Assembly: GCA_038890745.1 (NCBI GenBank)
Contig: JAWAFD010000005.1
Location: 1 to 64,000 of the forward strand
Reading direction: 5' to 3'
DNA: 64,000 bases
From: Candidatus Anstonellales archaeon
GTDB lineage: Archaea > Micrarchaeota > Micrarchaeia > Anstonellales > J096
Positions 19,199 through 28,233 of this stretch are shown one piece after another. The translations under genes were made by a program, and so were the position numbers. Every line of letters starts with the position of its first letter. Position 1 is the stretch's first letter. The notes under the pieces are model-generated. The model was not told the origin of the DNA. It saw nothing but the letters and a program-made list of their open reading frames with translations, and did no database searches.

Positions 19199-19651
19199 AT
19201 GATGATAGGTGTAAAAGAGAGGAAGGATAAGGGAGATAAGTTTTCTGATAAGATTAGGAGAAATTTTGAGAGGTTTAAAGAGAGAGTTGAACTAAAAGTA
19301 AAAAACACATCACCAAAGACAGGAATCTTATTATCTGCTCTGTTATTTGGAGAGTGGAGTCTCGTCAGCCTAGATGGTATGAAGTCAGTCCTTGAAGAAT
19401 CTGACCCGATTTATGGTCAAGTTTTCACAGAACTCTGCGATAAGATCTACTCTCGATGCACTACGAAACAAGATAGTATAGACGTTGCAAGAGCTACACT
19501 TAAAGAAGCCACTGGAAGTAGCGATCCAGAGATGTGGGTAAAAGTTTTTAGTAATCTTCTCAGCAACAGTTTTAGAGATGGAAAATGTACAAACGAGGAC
19601 TTTAAGTTATTGCTAATATTTTATGCTACTATTCCATATGCAAGCCAATGA
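19199..19651 (+). CDS. B5: variable partner protein, convergent with cassette C1
   Basis: N-terminus MMIGVKERKDKGDKFSDKIRRNFERFK like B1; TKQDSI motif; overlaps the C1 end by 23 nt. Confidence 0.8.
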   Translation: MMIGVKERKDKGDKFSDKIRRNFERFKERVELKVKNTSPKTGILLSALLFGEWSLVSLDGMKSVLEESDPIYGQVFTELCDKIYSRCTTKQDSIDVARATLKEATGSSDPEMWVKVFSNLLSNSFRDGKCTNEDFKLLLIFYATIPYASQ

Positions 19652-20641
19652 TAGATTTAAGCCCAATGGCAGTAGAAACTGCGAAATAATATCCTATAAG
19701 TAGATTCTGTTTAAAATATACACTGCCCATCTCTTCTACTTTATTTTGTTTTTTATCTAGATCAGTAATAATATTGGCAAGATGTTCTGAACTTGGTCTG
19801 ATTTCTACGGATGGGAGTCTTATCCCATCTATCATGAAATTCGCTATCGACATTGCATAGTATGGGGCTACCCTATCAGAAGCCTCTTTATTACCCGTTC
19901 CTGCTTTATTAAAAATGTCTAAAGCTTTTGGCATTGCATTTTGTATAGCCGCGACTTCATCTTTGGTCAAATTATCTGATTTTTTTCCAACTTCGACTCC
20001 TGCGATCTCCTGAGCTAAAAATATCCGCGCATTAGTAGATATAAAGGTGGACAAAGTGGGCATAAGTATATTAAATTCTTGTGCTAACAAACTTATGCTG
20101 GCGTAATCAAGACCAATTAATGCCTTCTCTATCTCCTCCTGACTCGCTCCTTTTTCCAATAAATCTGCTATTTCTTTTGCTTTATCCGCCGCTCTCTCAT
20201 ACAAACTTATTTGTTCTCTTTTCCATTCCTCAAACTGTTTTTCATTAGGAAGTTTTCCTTCCCATTTAGTTAGATAAGCAGCATATAAGCTTCTTTCTAT
20301 TTCTGTTGCTGGCATTAGTTCTGACCAATCTTTTCCATATAAAGAGATTATCTTTTCTCTCGCTTCTTTTAGTTCTTTTTCATTCATCCCTAAACTTATT
20401 ATATCATCTCCAATCCGTATGTTTCCTTTCCAAGCAATTGATAAGGAAGCTATTATTTGAAGTGTATTTTGCGCATCTTCATACGGTTTGGCTTTATCTA
20501 TTTTTGCTTGGAGGTCTTGGTATTCTGGAGTTCCTTGCTGCACTGTAGGAAGTTGTTTTTTTGCTTCCTCGGCCTCTTTTAGAATTTTTGGGTCAAAGGT
20601 TCTACTTAATAAAAATGCTTGGTTTGTTTGCTCAGTTATTT
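19629..20641 (-). pseudogene. C1: 5'-truncated alternative C-terminus cassette of gene A
   Basis: 20383-20641 matches gene A 21801-22059; diverges after GMNE. Confidence 0.9.
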
Positions 20642-20654
20642 TTAGGAGCAGGTA

Positions 20655-20670
20655 GGGGATAGGTTTTTAA
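20655..20670 (+). promoter_or_regulatory. Conserved BRE/TATA-like promoter block GGGGATAGGTTTTTAA of the B genes (representative copy)
   Basis: Identical 16-mer at 13121, 15054, 16445, 17741, 19159 and 20655, ending 24-34 nt before each B start codon. Confidence 0.75.
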
Positions 20671-20704
20671 CTATTTCTTAGCATATCATAATTAGTGTAT
20701 TAGT

Positions 20705-21232
20705 ATGGTAGAAAAAGTTAAAGTAAGGAAACAGGAGGATGCTAAAGAAACAGAAAATAGAGCGGGTATTTTTGAAAGGTTTAAAGATATAGTGGAGAGA
20801 TTTGGAAACAAGGCTTTAATTGCTGGGGTTCTTTTAGGTGGAGGTGTTGGAGTAGGAAAAGGATTCAGTATAAACGAAGGAGCTACATCTAGGCAGGATA
20901 GCATTAAAATAGAACTTGAGTTCTGGTTAGGATACGTTGACGCTTTCCAAACCTTTGGTATCGATGGAACCATAGTTAACCCTGAATTGGCGGATGAGAT
21001 ATATAAAGATGCTTCAACCAAAAGCGATAGCACTACACAAGCAATAAATTTTTGGCTTAGGGAAACAGGGCAGGTCCCATACTCAAGTATAGATGTTTGT
21101 ATAATGCTCAAGATACTGGCCACGATGGATTGGGAAGACTTAGCAACTTTCAGCCAATATGCGCAACGAATTAGCGATGGATGGCTATTAACTCAACCCT
21201 ATCTTAACAAAGAGATTAATTCAAATCGTTAA
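20705..21232 (+). CDS. B6: variable partner protein, convergent with full-length gene A
   Basis: FERFKD..E.FG.KALIAGVLLGGGVGVG leader; TSRQDSI and STKSDST motifs; overlaps the A stop by 12 nt. Confidence 0.85.
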   Translation: MVEKVKVRKQEDAKETENRAGIFERFKDIVERFGNKALIAGVLLGGGVGVGKGFSINEGATSRQDSIKIELEFWLGYVDAFQTFGIDGTIVNPELADEIYKDASTKSDSTTQAINFWLRETGQVPYSSIDVCIMLKILATMDWEDLATFSQYAQRISDGWLLTQPYLNKEINSNR

Positions 21233-23539
21233 TAGTAAAATCTTTGTTTTAAAGTTCATAGGATTTATTCCTTGATCTATTTTTTTCTTGTTATTGTCAA
21301 TCTCCAAAGTAAGTTTGGAGTTTTGCTCCTTTATATCCTTCACTACTTGTTCTTGTACCTGAGGATTCGAGTCCAAAAACTGCATAGTGAATAGTATTTT
21401 ATCTTCAATAGTTGGGAATTTTTTTACCTCATCTTGATATTCCACTCCACCATATTTATAAGATAGCGCAACAATATTACCAAAAACTCGGGATGTGGTT
21501 GCTTTATCAAAGGAACTTATATCACCACCTTCCAAAAGCGTTAGTGCAGCATTATACGCGAGTAAACGTCTCTCTTGCTCTAGATACAGTTGATTCCTAA
21601 CTCTTTCCAATGCTTTCTCATCTCCACTTGCCGCTTTTATTATATCCTCTCTCAGTTTCTTATCCTCATCTGTTATTTGTTTTTCGGGCGTTCTTAATGC
21701 AACAATAATTGGTGCAAGCAAACTTTTTTCGTCTTTATATTTCTCTCGATTCATATACGCATCCATCAATATTTCTCTCGCCTCTCTTAACTCTCCTTCG
21801 TTCATCCCTAAACTTATTATATCATCTCCAATCCGTATGTTTCCTTTCCAAGCAATTGATAAGGAAGCTATTATTTGAAGTGTATTTTGCGCATCTTCAT
21901 ACGGTTTGGCTTTATCTATTTTTGCTTGGAGGTCTTGGTATTCTGGAGTTCCTTGCTGCACTGTAGGAAGTCGTTGTCTTGCTTCATTAGCGGCCTCTAT
22001 AATTTTTGGGTCAAAGGTTCTACTTAATAAAAATGCTTGGTTTGTTTGCTCAGTTATTTCGGCAATGAATTTTTTTCCTTCTTCTGTGCTTAACAATTCT
22101 TTATCGTTTACTATTTCTGAACAAAGACCAAAAGCTCTTGAGAGTTGGGTGTATAATTGAGCTTTTGCTTCGTCTTCTTCTGCTTTTGCTGATGCCCTGT
22201 ACAACTCTGAGAGGTTTGAGTAGATTGCCTTTTTATCTTTTGGATCTACTTCCTTTCCTTCTAAAAGCTTTTGGAGTTCGGATGAATTCTCTGTTAGGTA
22301 CTTTAGCTGCTCTCTTGCCGCTCCTCTCATTAGTCCTCCCACTATTGCCTCAGAGACACCAAAAAATTCAGCTAATGAAGCAATATTTCCACGTGCAAAA
22401 CCAACCATCAAAGCCGCTGAAAATATCTGGCTTACACCAAACTGTCCTGTTGCTATTGCTACTCTCTGCTGGCCTGCCCTTAACTCACCTCCTCCGCCCC
22501 CCTCCTTCACTTTCTTTCCTGTCCAGAACCTCCCTTTTCCAACTCCTCTTAATCTTTCTTCTACTATTCCCATATTCTCCGCTATCCATGCTGGTCTTCC
22601 TCTTATCAACCCTTCTTTTACCCTACCGGGAAGAATTTTTGTCGCAATTCCTCCCATTGCTTCAACCGCTTTGGTAGCTGCTCTGGTTGTTACAGAGACG
22701 CCTTTTTCCACTGCTTCAACAGCTTTTTTAATAAAAGAAACTTTCTTTCCTAACTCAACTGCTTTTCCGCCAAGTTTTTTTGCATGTGGGGCGACCTTAG
22801 CCACGACCTTAGCCTGTTGCAGAGTAATCCCTCCCTTCCCTGTTATTCTTGCTCTTTGGCCTGTAATAAATCTTAAAGTATTCAGATCAAACCAGAAAAA
22901 TGGGCTTCCACCAGTGGCATAGGAAGCAGCGAGAAGCATGCCTGCGATTATAAAAAGAGGTAAGCAGATTGCAGGTGCGGTTCCTCCAAAAAGAGGAGGA
23001 AGGAGTGTTGGGATGTAAACGACTTGGGCATATGTTGGGGAAAGGGTTGCAAAAATAGGCTGACCATTTTTATTTATGTATGCTGACTCAGGCCATGGGG
23101 CTGGTTTAAACCCTCCGCATGGAGAAACATCTTCAAAAGAGGTTATACTTTCGTTTAGGCAGGGCTGGAGAAGGCAGTTTGGAGAAGAGGAGCAGCAAAA
23201 CTTTACACCTATCGTACACCCCCTTACCATCCCTGTTCCTGAGCATGTTTCGTTATAAGGTGTTAGGTCAAAAACCGCTTTTCCATTCTCATTTGTAAAA
23301 ACCCTGCACCTAGAATAAAGGTCACCAGTTGCATTATACACTTCAATAAATAGGGTTGCGTTCCCAACAGGAAGCCTTTCTCCATTATAAACGGCATACA
23401 TGTATATATCTACATTTTTTTCAACCAAACCTGCAATAATCCCGGATTCATAAGCATTAAAAAGCTCCTCACAGCCAGGGCAGGGAGGCTGAGAGAAAAG
23501 CAAACTCATAAAAAATAAAAGAAAAAATACTTTTCTCAT
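21221..23539 (-). CDS. Gene A: 772-aa membrane protein with exchangeable C-terminal domain (putative expression locus)
   Basis: Signal peptide, Cys-rich domain, TM helix, basic linker, second hydrophobic segment, conserved block ITEQTNQAF...MDAYMN repeated in the cassettes, unique C-terminus. Confidence 0.9.
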   Translation of the reverse strand: MRKVFFLLFFMSLLFSQPPCPGCEELFNAYESGIIAGLVEKNVDIYMYAVYNGERLPVGNATLFIEVYNATGDLYSRCRVFTNENGKAVFDLTPYNETCSGTGMVRGCTIGVKFCCSSSPNCLLQPCLNESITSFEDVSPCGGFKPAPWPESAYINKNGQPIFATLSPTYAQVVYIPTLLPPLFGGTAPAICLPLFIIAGMLLAASYATGGSPFFWFDLNTLRFITGQRARITGKGGITLQQAKVVAKVAPHAKKLGGKAVELGKKVSFIKKAVEAVEKGVSVTTRAATKAVEAMGGIATKILPGRVKEGLIRGRPAWIAENMGIVEERLRGVGKGRFWTGKKVKEGGGGGELRAGQQRVAIATGQFGVSQIFSAALMVGFARGNIASLAEFFGVSEAIVGGLMRGAAREQLKYLTENSSELQKLLEGKEVDPKDKKAIYSNLSELYRASAKAEEDEAKAQLYTQLSRAFGLCSEIVNDKELLSTEEGKKFIAEITEQTNQAFLLSRTFDPKIIEAANEARQRLPTVQQGTPEYQDLQAKIDKAKPYEDAQNTLQIIASLSIAWKGNIRIGDDIISLGMNEGELREAREILMDAYMNREKYKDEKSLLAPIIVALRTPEKQITDEDKKLREDIIKAASGDEKALERVRNQLYLEQERRLLAYNAALTLLEGGDISSFDKATTSRVFGNIVALSYKYGGVEYQDEVKKFPTIEDKILFTMQFLDSNPQVQEQVVKDIKEQNSKLTLEIDNNKKKIDQGINPMNFKTKILLLTI
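21748..22059 (-). repeat. A-repeat: ~312-bp coding block shared with the cassettes
   Basis: Copies at 18834-19145, 16120-16431, 20383-20641 (partial) and 17576-17637 (short), all in direct orientation. Confidence 0.95.
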
Positions 23540-23574
23540 AGTAGTTCTTCTAAGTGAAGCTTTAAATATCTTTT

Positions 23575-26500
23575 CTAATCATCAATCCAGCAATCCGAAA
23601 CCCTTGTTTTAAGAGGAACGTCAAACCCGCAGAAATTCGCGTATGTGCTTCCTCTTACGCATTCCTTGCTCTCATTTCCCGAAGTAGAGAATAGGATAGG
23701 AATGGGTTTTATGGAGGAGGACTGAATCGATAAGAATGTTTTTGTGTTGTCCGCAACACAAATTTTTGGAAGCCCTTTTATAGAAGCAATTAGGTCTGAA
23801 TACAAAGATGGCTCTGCCATCACATCCTGCAAAGGGTATTCCTCAAAAGAATACTTTCCTGCGCTGTAAACCCGACATTTTAGATTTCCAGAATAGGGAG
23901 GGGAAATACACATCTCTTTTACAACACAACCCTCTGGCCATTTCTGATTTCCAGAATATCCAGAGCACTGAAAACCAGTAAGCGGGTCGCCCAAATAATA
24001 CCCATTACAAACACCTCTAAGAATGTCGACCTCATCACATTCAACGCAGACGCACTCCTCGGAAACCTCGGCTTCGCTAACAAACGCATATGGGGTAAGA
24101 CCTGATGAAATCTCAGCAGAGGATTCAACAGAACAGTAATCCTGCATATTTAAAGACGAGCCATCTGAGATGCTGAAATCAGAGAAATGCATCCCAATTA
24201 TCCCTGAATTAACAAACCTTGCCCTTTGATAGGCAAGGTAGTTGAACATTCCATACTTATCTACAGGAGTGTTTACCTCTCTGATCATTAGCAGGGATGG
24301 CTTCCCGAACCTAGAAACAAGTTTTCTTGAAATGTTGTTTAATTTTTGAACAACGTATTCGTAAAACTTTATTTTTTCCTCTTCATTGTTAAGCGGAATT
24401 TTTGGGTTTATTTTTACTTCAACAATAAAAAGGTCTGAATTTTCCATAAGGGAATTGCATTGCTGCCCTGCAAAAGTTCCTTCCCTGGCACAGAACTCCT
24501 CTCCCGCTAAATGGTCTGACATTTCTAAACCATACGCACTGTCAAAATTCTCAAGGAAAGACCTTTCAGAGTTTATATCCTGCGAATCAATGCCGGTTAT
24601 GGTAATCTCACCTGAAAGCGCAGGCATACAATAGGGGCATGGTTCCTTAACCTCCATTGCCCTCTTCTCTAAATTTATTTCATAGTTGTTTCTTTCTTTT
24701 GCATTCCCTATAACAACAATTATCGGCCCCAAAGAGGATGCAGATTCTTTGTAATCGCCGGCATGGTTTCCTTGGTAGTCATCTGCGGCATAAAGCAGGC
24801 TTACGTATATATCGCGAAGGAGTTTGTATGCAAATGTTGCATCCTCTTTGTAAACCGTGCGCTCAGGTTCATAGCAGCTATCGCATCCATAGTAAGTTTT
24901 GTAAAGCTCATCATCTTCGGCATAAAGAACTGGCATAACCCCTGAAAATAGATAAGAAGTAAGCTTTCCTTTCATGTATTTCCAGTGAGGATAGAAATCA
25001 GGCCAGGAAACACGGGCATCATAGACATCACCATCTTGTCTTGTCGCATCCTTGCAGCCAAAAGCTAAATTGTAAGCATCGCACCTAAGCTGGTCATCAC
25101 GATGCCCTCCACACGCAACCCTTGCATCAACACTACCAGTGGAGATAACACGCCCGTTTTCATAAACCTCTCCAACAGTTTTTCCCTCCCACTCATTTGG
25201 GTTTCGCGCATTCAGGTTTGAGGGTGGCAGGATCTCAAGGAGAGGGCAGTAGTTTGCTATTCTTTTGTTTATTTCATTTGTAGTATCAGCCTCGTAATCA
25301 TTCTTAAAATCTTCATAAGGTCCTTCTGGATAATCCGCAAGGTCTATTCGCGCTATTCCATTATTTTCAGAAATGGGAAGATCTTCGCTATTCGGGTCTC
25401 CGCCAGTCGGGTCATAGAATTCGTTTAATGGGTAAAGATGCTCAACAGCAATTGTGTTGAAGGTTGCAGGCTCGCACCATCCATATTCCTTTACAACTAT
25501 GTTGCCCATTTCATCGGTTAAGCAGTTTCCAAAATTTCCATCCTTATTTTTTCTTATTACTATTGCTGCGGATGCATACGCGCTGCATTCGCCATCCTCT
25601 CCCTGAGAGACGCAAAAATCATCATCTGTTAAACCAGAGCATATTTCTCTCCAATTTTCACCCATGCTCGAACCATCCAACCCGAATTTCGGGGGATAGC
25701 ACACGGCGATATCATCTTTGTATTCTTCGCTCATGCAGTTTTCTATAAAATTCACAACATACGTCCCTCCTTCCTGGCATCCACTCCAGGTGGTTGGAAC
25801 AATCTGGCAGTAATGAAGAATTGCCCATCTCGTTGGCTGGTCGTTCGGAAGAGGATAGTTCACAATCGGGCCGAGTGTTGAGCTGACGTCCCTTGAAAGG
25901 AATATCATAATCTTCCCATTGCTTATCTTTCCTGAAACCGGTGAAGGAGGAGTAAACAACCATTCTTCTGTTTTCAGGGATGCTCTACTCACTCCTAGAG
26001 TTTCCCCATCCCACATATCCACACTATTTTTTGGTTCATCTGAAGCAGGAACAGATTTTGTTCTTGTTGGGTTGCAGGCAACAGAGCCATACTCGTAGGA
26101 ACAGCCGCACTCAACACCTTTGTTTGTTGAAGCATGTATGCATACACTCCTTTTGTAAACGTTATTTCCACAAACCCCAGAGTAGCACTCAAACCCGCTC
26201 TCACATTCAAACTCTGCTTTTCCACCCTCAAAAATCTGTGAGGCATAAATCGTGTGTCTAGGAAGAACGTTTGCATAATAGGTTGGAATTTCCTTAAACC
26301 CAAAAATTCCAACAGTTGCAGCAGTCAACCCGGTTCCTTCTTTTGCGAATTTTAAAACCCCGACATTTGCTGTTCTTCCATCGTTCGGATATTGTAATTC
26401 AACCTCTCCCTGGCTCCAGAAAGTATTTCCTCTACCAGCTGCGCTCTCATCCTCAACATCTGCCCAGAAAAGCCCTCCGTACCAGTGCTTCACAGAACCC

Positions 26501-27267
26501 GGCTCATCCCCGAAAGGAGAGTTTGGAAGGGAAAGGGATTGGGTGGGGGAGGAGCAAACCATTGCTGGGTTTATCCCTCTGCATTCCCATTCGCACTCAT
26601 AGTAAGAGGAGTATTCTTTGCCGTTTTCTGTGCAGGAATAAGCGCCATTTGTTTGTTGGCATTTTTTTTCAGCAAAAAAATAGTTTGAATACCTATCTTT
26701 TGTTCCAGTGTAGGAATTTAAGACCTTATCTGAGAGCGGGAAGAGGTACCGGTAAGTATCGTATTCCTCAAAGCTTTCTCCGATTCCAAACCTAAAACTA
26801 TTCAGCATAAGCCCTTTGCTCATCGCGCTTTCAACAGAAGGGGTCATTTTCAAAACATCGCATTCTGCATGCAGAAGGCCAAAAACAGCTCCTTGGCCTG
26901 TTGGAAGTTCTATGTTTCCCTTCTCAACATCCTCATGGCTTATGAGAAGGGGAATGCCTATCTTTCCAAAATCACCGCAGAGCATTCCAGAGCATCCCTC
27001 AACACAAGATTTTACCTCCCATTCTGAACAAACAGAATAGTTGAAATCCTCAACCTCACAGAAAATAGGCTCATCATTTTCTTTCCATACTTTACAATCA
27101 TCTTCACCAGTATAGCTAGGGTCTTCTGCGAGCTTGTCCGCAAAATAGCATTTATCGTTTTGAGCATATTTGTAAAGGCAGCAGTGCGCCTCTGGTTTCT
27201 GGAAGCAACCAACCATAAGAAGAAGCGCAAAACCCAAAAACAAAATAAATAATTTTCTTACTTTCAT
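23575..27267 (-). CDS. Large Cys-rich secreted or lipoprotein surface protein (1230 aa)
   Basis: MKVRKLFILFLGFALLLMVGC lipobox-like signal; many Cys; acidic composition. Confidence 0.8.
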   Translation of the reverse strand: MKVRKLFILFLGFALLLMVGCFQKPEAHCCLYKYAQNDKCYFADKLAEDPSYTGEDDCKVWKENDEPIFCEVEDFNYSVCSEWEVKSCVEGCSGMLCGDFGKIGIPLLISHEDVEKGNIELPTGQGAVFGLLHAECDVLKMTPSVESAMSKGLMLNSFRFGIGESFEEYDTYRYLFPLSDKVLNSYTGTKDRYSNYFFAEKKCQQTNGAYSCTENGKEYSSYYECEWECRGINPAMVCSSPTQSLSLPNSPFGDEPGSVKHWYGGLFWADVEDESAAGRGNTFWSQGEVELQYPNDGRTANVGVLKFAKEGTGLTAATVGIFGFKEIPTYYANVLPRHTIYASQIFEGGKAEFECESGFECYSGVCGNNVYKRSVCIHASTNKGVECGCSYEYGSVACNPTRTKSVPASDEPKNSVDMWDGETLGVSRASLKTEEWLFTPPSPVSGKISNGKIMIFLSRDVSSTLGPIVNYPLPNDQPTRWAILHYCQIVPTTWSGCQEGGTYVVNFIENCMSEEYKDDIAVCYPPKFGLDGSSMGENWREICSGLTDDDFCVSQGEDGECSAYASAAIVIRKNKDGNFGNCLTDEMGNIVVKEYGWCEPATFNTIAVEHLYPLNEFYDPTGGDPNSEDLPISENNGIARIDLADYPEGPYEDFKNDYEADTTNEINKRIANYCPLLEILPPSNLNARNPNEWEGKTVGEVYENGRVISTGSVDARVACGGHRDDQLRCDAYNLAFGCKDATRQDGDVYDARVSWPDFYPHWKYMKGKLTSYLFSGVMPVLYAEDDELYKTYYGCDSCYEPERTVYKEDATFAYKLLRDIYVSLLYAADDYQGNHAGDYKESASSLGPIIVVIGNAKERNNYEINLEKRAMEVKEPCPYCMPALSGEITITGIDSQDINSERSFLENFDSAYGLEMSDHLAGEEFCAREGTFAGQQCNSLMENSDLFIVEVKINPKIPLNNEEEKIKFYEYVVQKLNNISRKLVSRFGKPSLLMIREVNTPVDKYGMFNYLAYQRARFVNSGIIGMHFSDFSISDGSSLNMQDYCSVESSAEISSGLTPYAFVSEAEVSEECVCVECDEVDILRGVCNGYYLGDPLTGFQCSGYSGNQKWPEGCVVKEMCISPPYSGNLKCRVYSAGKYSFEEYPLQDVMAEPSLYSDLIASIKGLPKICVADNTKTFLSIQSSSIKPIPILFSTSGNESKECVRGSTYANFCGFDVPLKTRVSDCWIDD

Positions 27268-27276
27268 TCTCTCCCC

Positions 27277-28233
27277 CTAAACCAATTTTGAGACCATTGA
27301 GATGAATGCTGTTGGCATCCCACCAAGTATGACTGTTGCAAACCTTATAAAAACAAAGGAAAGGGAAAGGGCTGCGAGGTTTCCAAGTAAAATCTGGTAG
27401 AAAACAGATGCCATGAAGTCCTGCATTGATTTGTGTTTTATCCCCATCTGGGCTGATTGCATGGAGAACCTGCTAAAATCCAAATCAAACCCTCTTCCTA
27501 TGCTCAAATAGGTTGGGTAGTTGCAAACGGTTTCAGTTTCGAGCATAGGGGATTTTGGAGGGGCAACAAAACCCGATGAGGCAATCCATAGAACAGATGG
27601 GTAGATGTAGTAAAGAGCAATTGCTATTGAAATGAACAGAGCACCAAGCCCACGGGTAAGCTTCATTGCGCGGAGAACTATTCCAACTGGAAGGAATATG
27701 GAGAGCATGTACTTTGAGATGTAATCTAGAACGTAGTATTGCGCTGCTAGGAAAACAGAAAGCTCTGTTCCTTTTTGTGTAAGGAACTGAACTTCAGAAA
27801 CTCTTCTGTATATCGCCTCCCACCATCCCCCCTGAAAAATGGGGATGCCATACCATCCAAGATAGATTGATGAAAGTGGCATGACCCATCTCGCATCAGA
27901 TGCTGCTGAATTCAGCACATCCTCCATTGATGCGAGCATGAGGAGCGTCTGCTCTTTTGACTGCTCAATCGCAAGAATGTTTATCGGACCCGGAGTTTGC
28001 GGGGGTGTAAGAAGGGTTGAAATCCCATTCAGTATGAAAACAAGGAATATTATACCCAAGGCAACTGCAATATTGTCTATTATTTCAGCAATGGCAATCG
28101 TTTGCCCCCTCATGTCCATGAACATTTTCGCGAACATGTAATGGATTACTTCTATAAAAAATAGTATGAGCACTGAGAGGATTGCAACAATCCCCCAGTT
28201 TGTTTCCCAATCAGCAAGAAAATCCACCATCAT
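27277..28233 (-). CDS. Multi-pass membrane protein, paralogue 6 (VirB6/CedA-like, inferred)
   Basis: Shared motif FLPVGIVLRAMKLTRGLGALFISIAIALYYIYP. Confidence 0.75.
   Translation of the reverse strand: MMVDFLADWETNWGIVAILSVLILFFIEVIHYMFAKMFMDMRGQTIAIAEIIDNIAVALGIIFLVFILNGISTLLTPPQTPGPINILAIEQSKEQTLLMLASMEDVLNSAASDARWVMPLSSIYLGWYGIPIFQGGWWEAIYRRVSEVQFLTQKGTELSVFLAAQYYVLDYISKYMLSIFLPVGIVLRAMKLTRGLGALFISIAIALYYIYPSVLWIASSGFVAPPKSPMLETETVCNYPTYLSIGRGFDLDFSRFSMQSAQMGIKHKSMQDFMASVFYQILLGNLAALSLSFVFIRFATVILGGMPTAFISMVSKLV

Noticed and set aside
13018..22059. CRISPR array interpretation of the repeats
   Set aside because: Repeats are 60-310 bp and largely protein-coding, intervening segments are about 1 kb of open reading frames, and no cas genes are present.
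13018..23539. Diversity-generating retroelement
   Set aside because: No reverse transcriptase in the window; variation is whole-domain replacement rather than adenine-specific substitution between a template and a variable repeat.
13018..23539. Shufflon (invertible cassettes) or integron
   Set aside because: All A cassettes and all repeats are in direct orientation; no invertase or integrase nearby; no attC-like AAC...GTT sites recognised.
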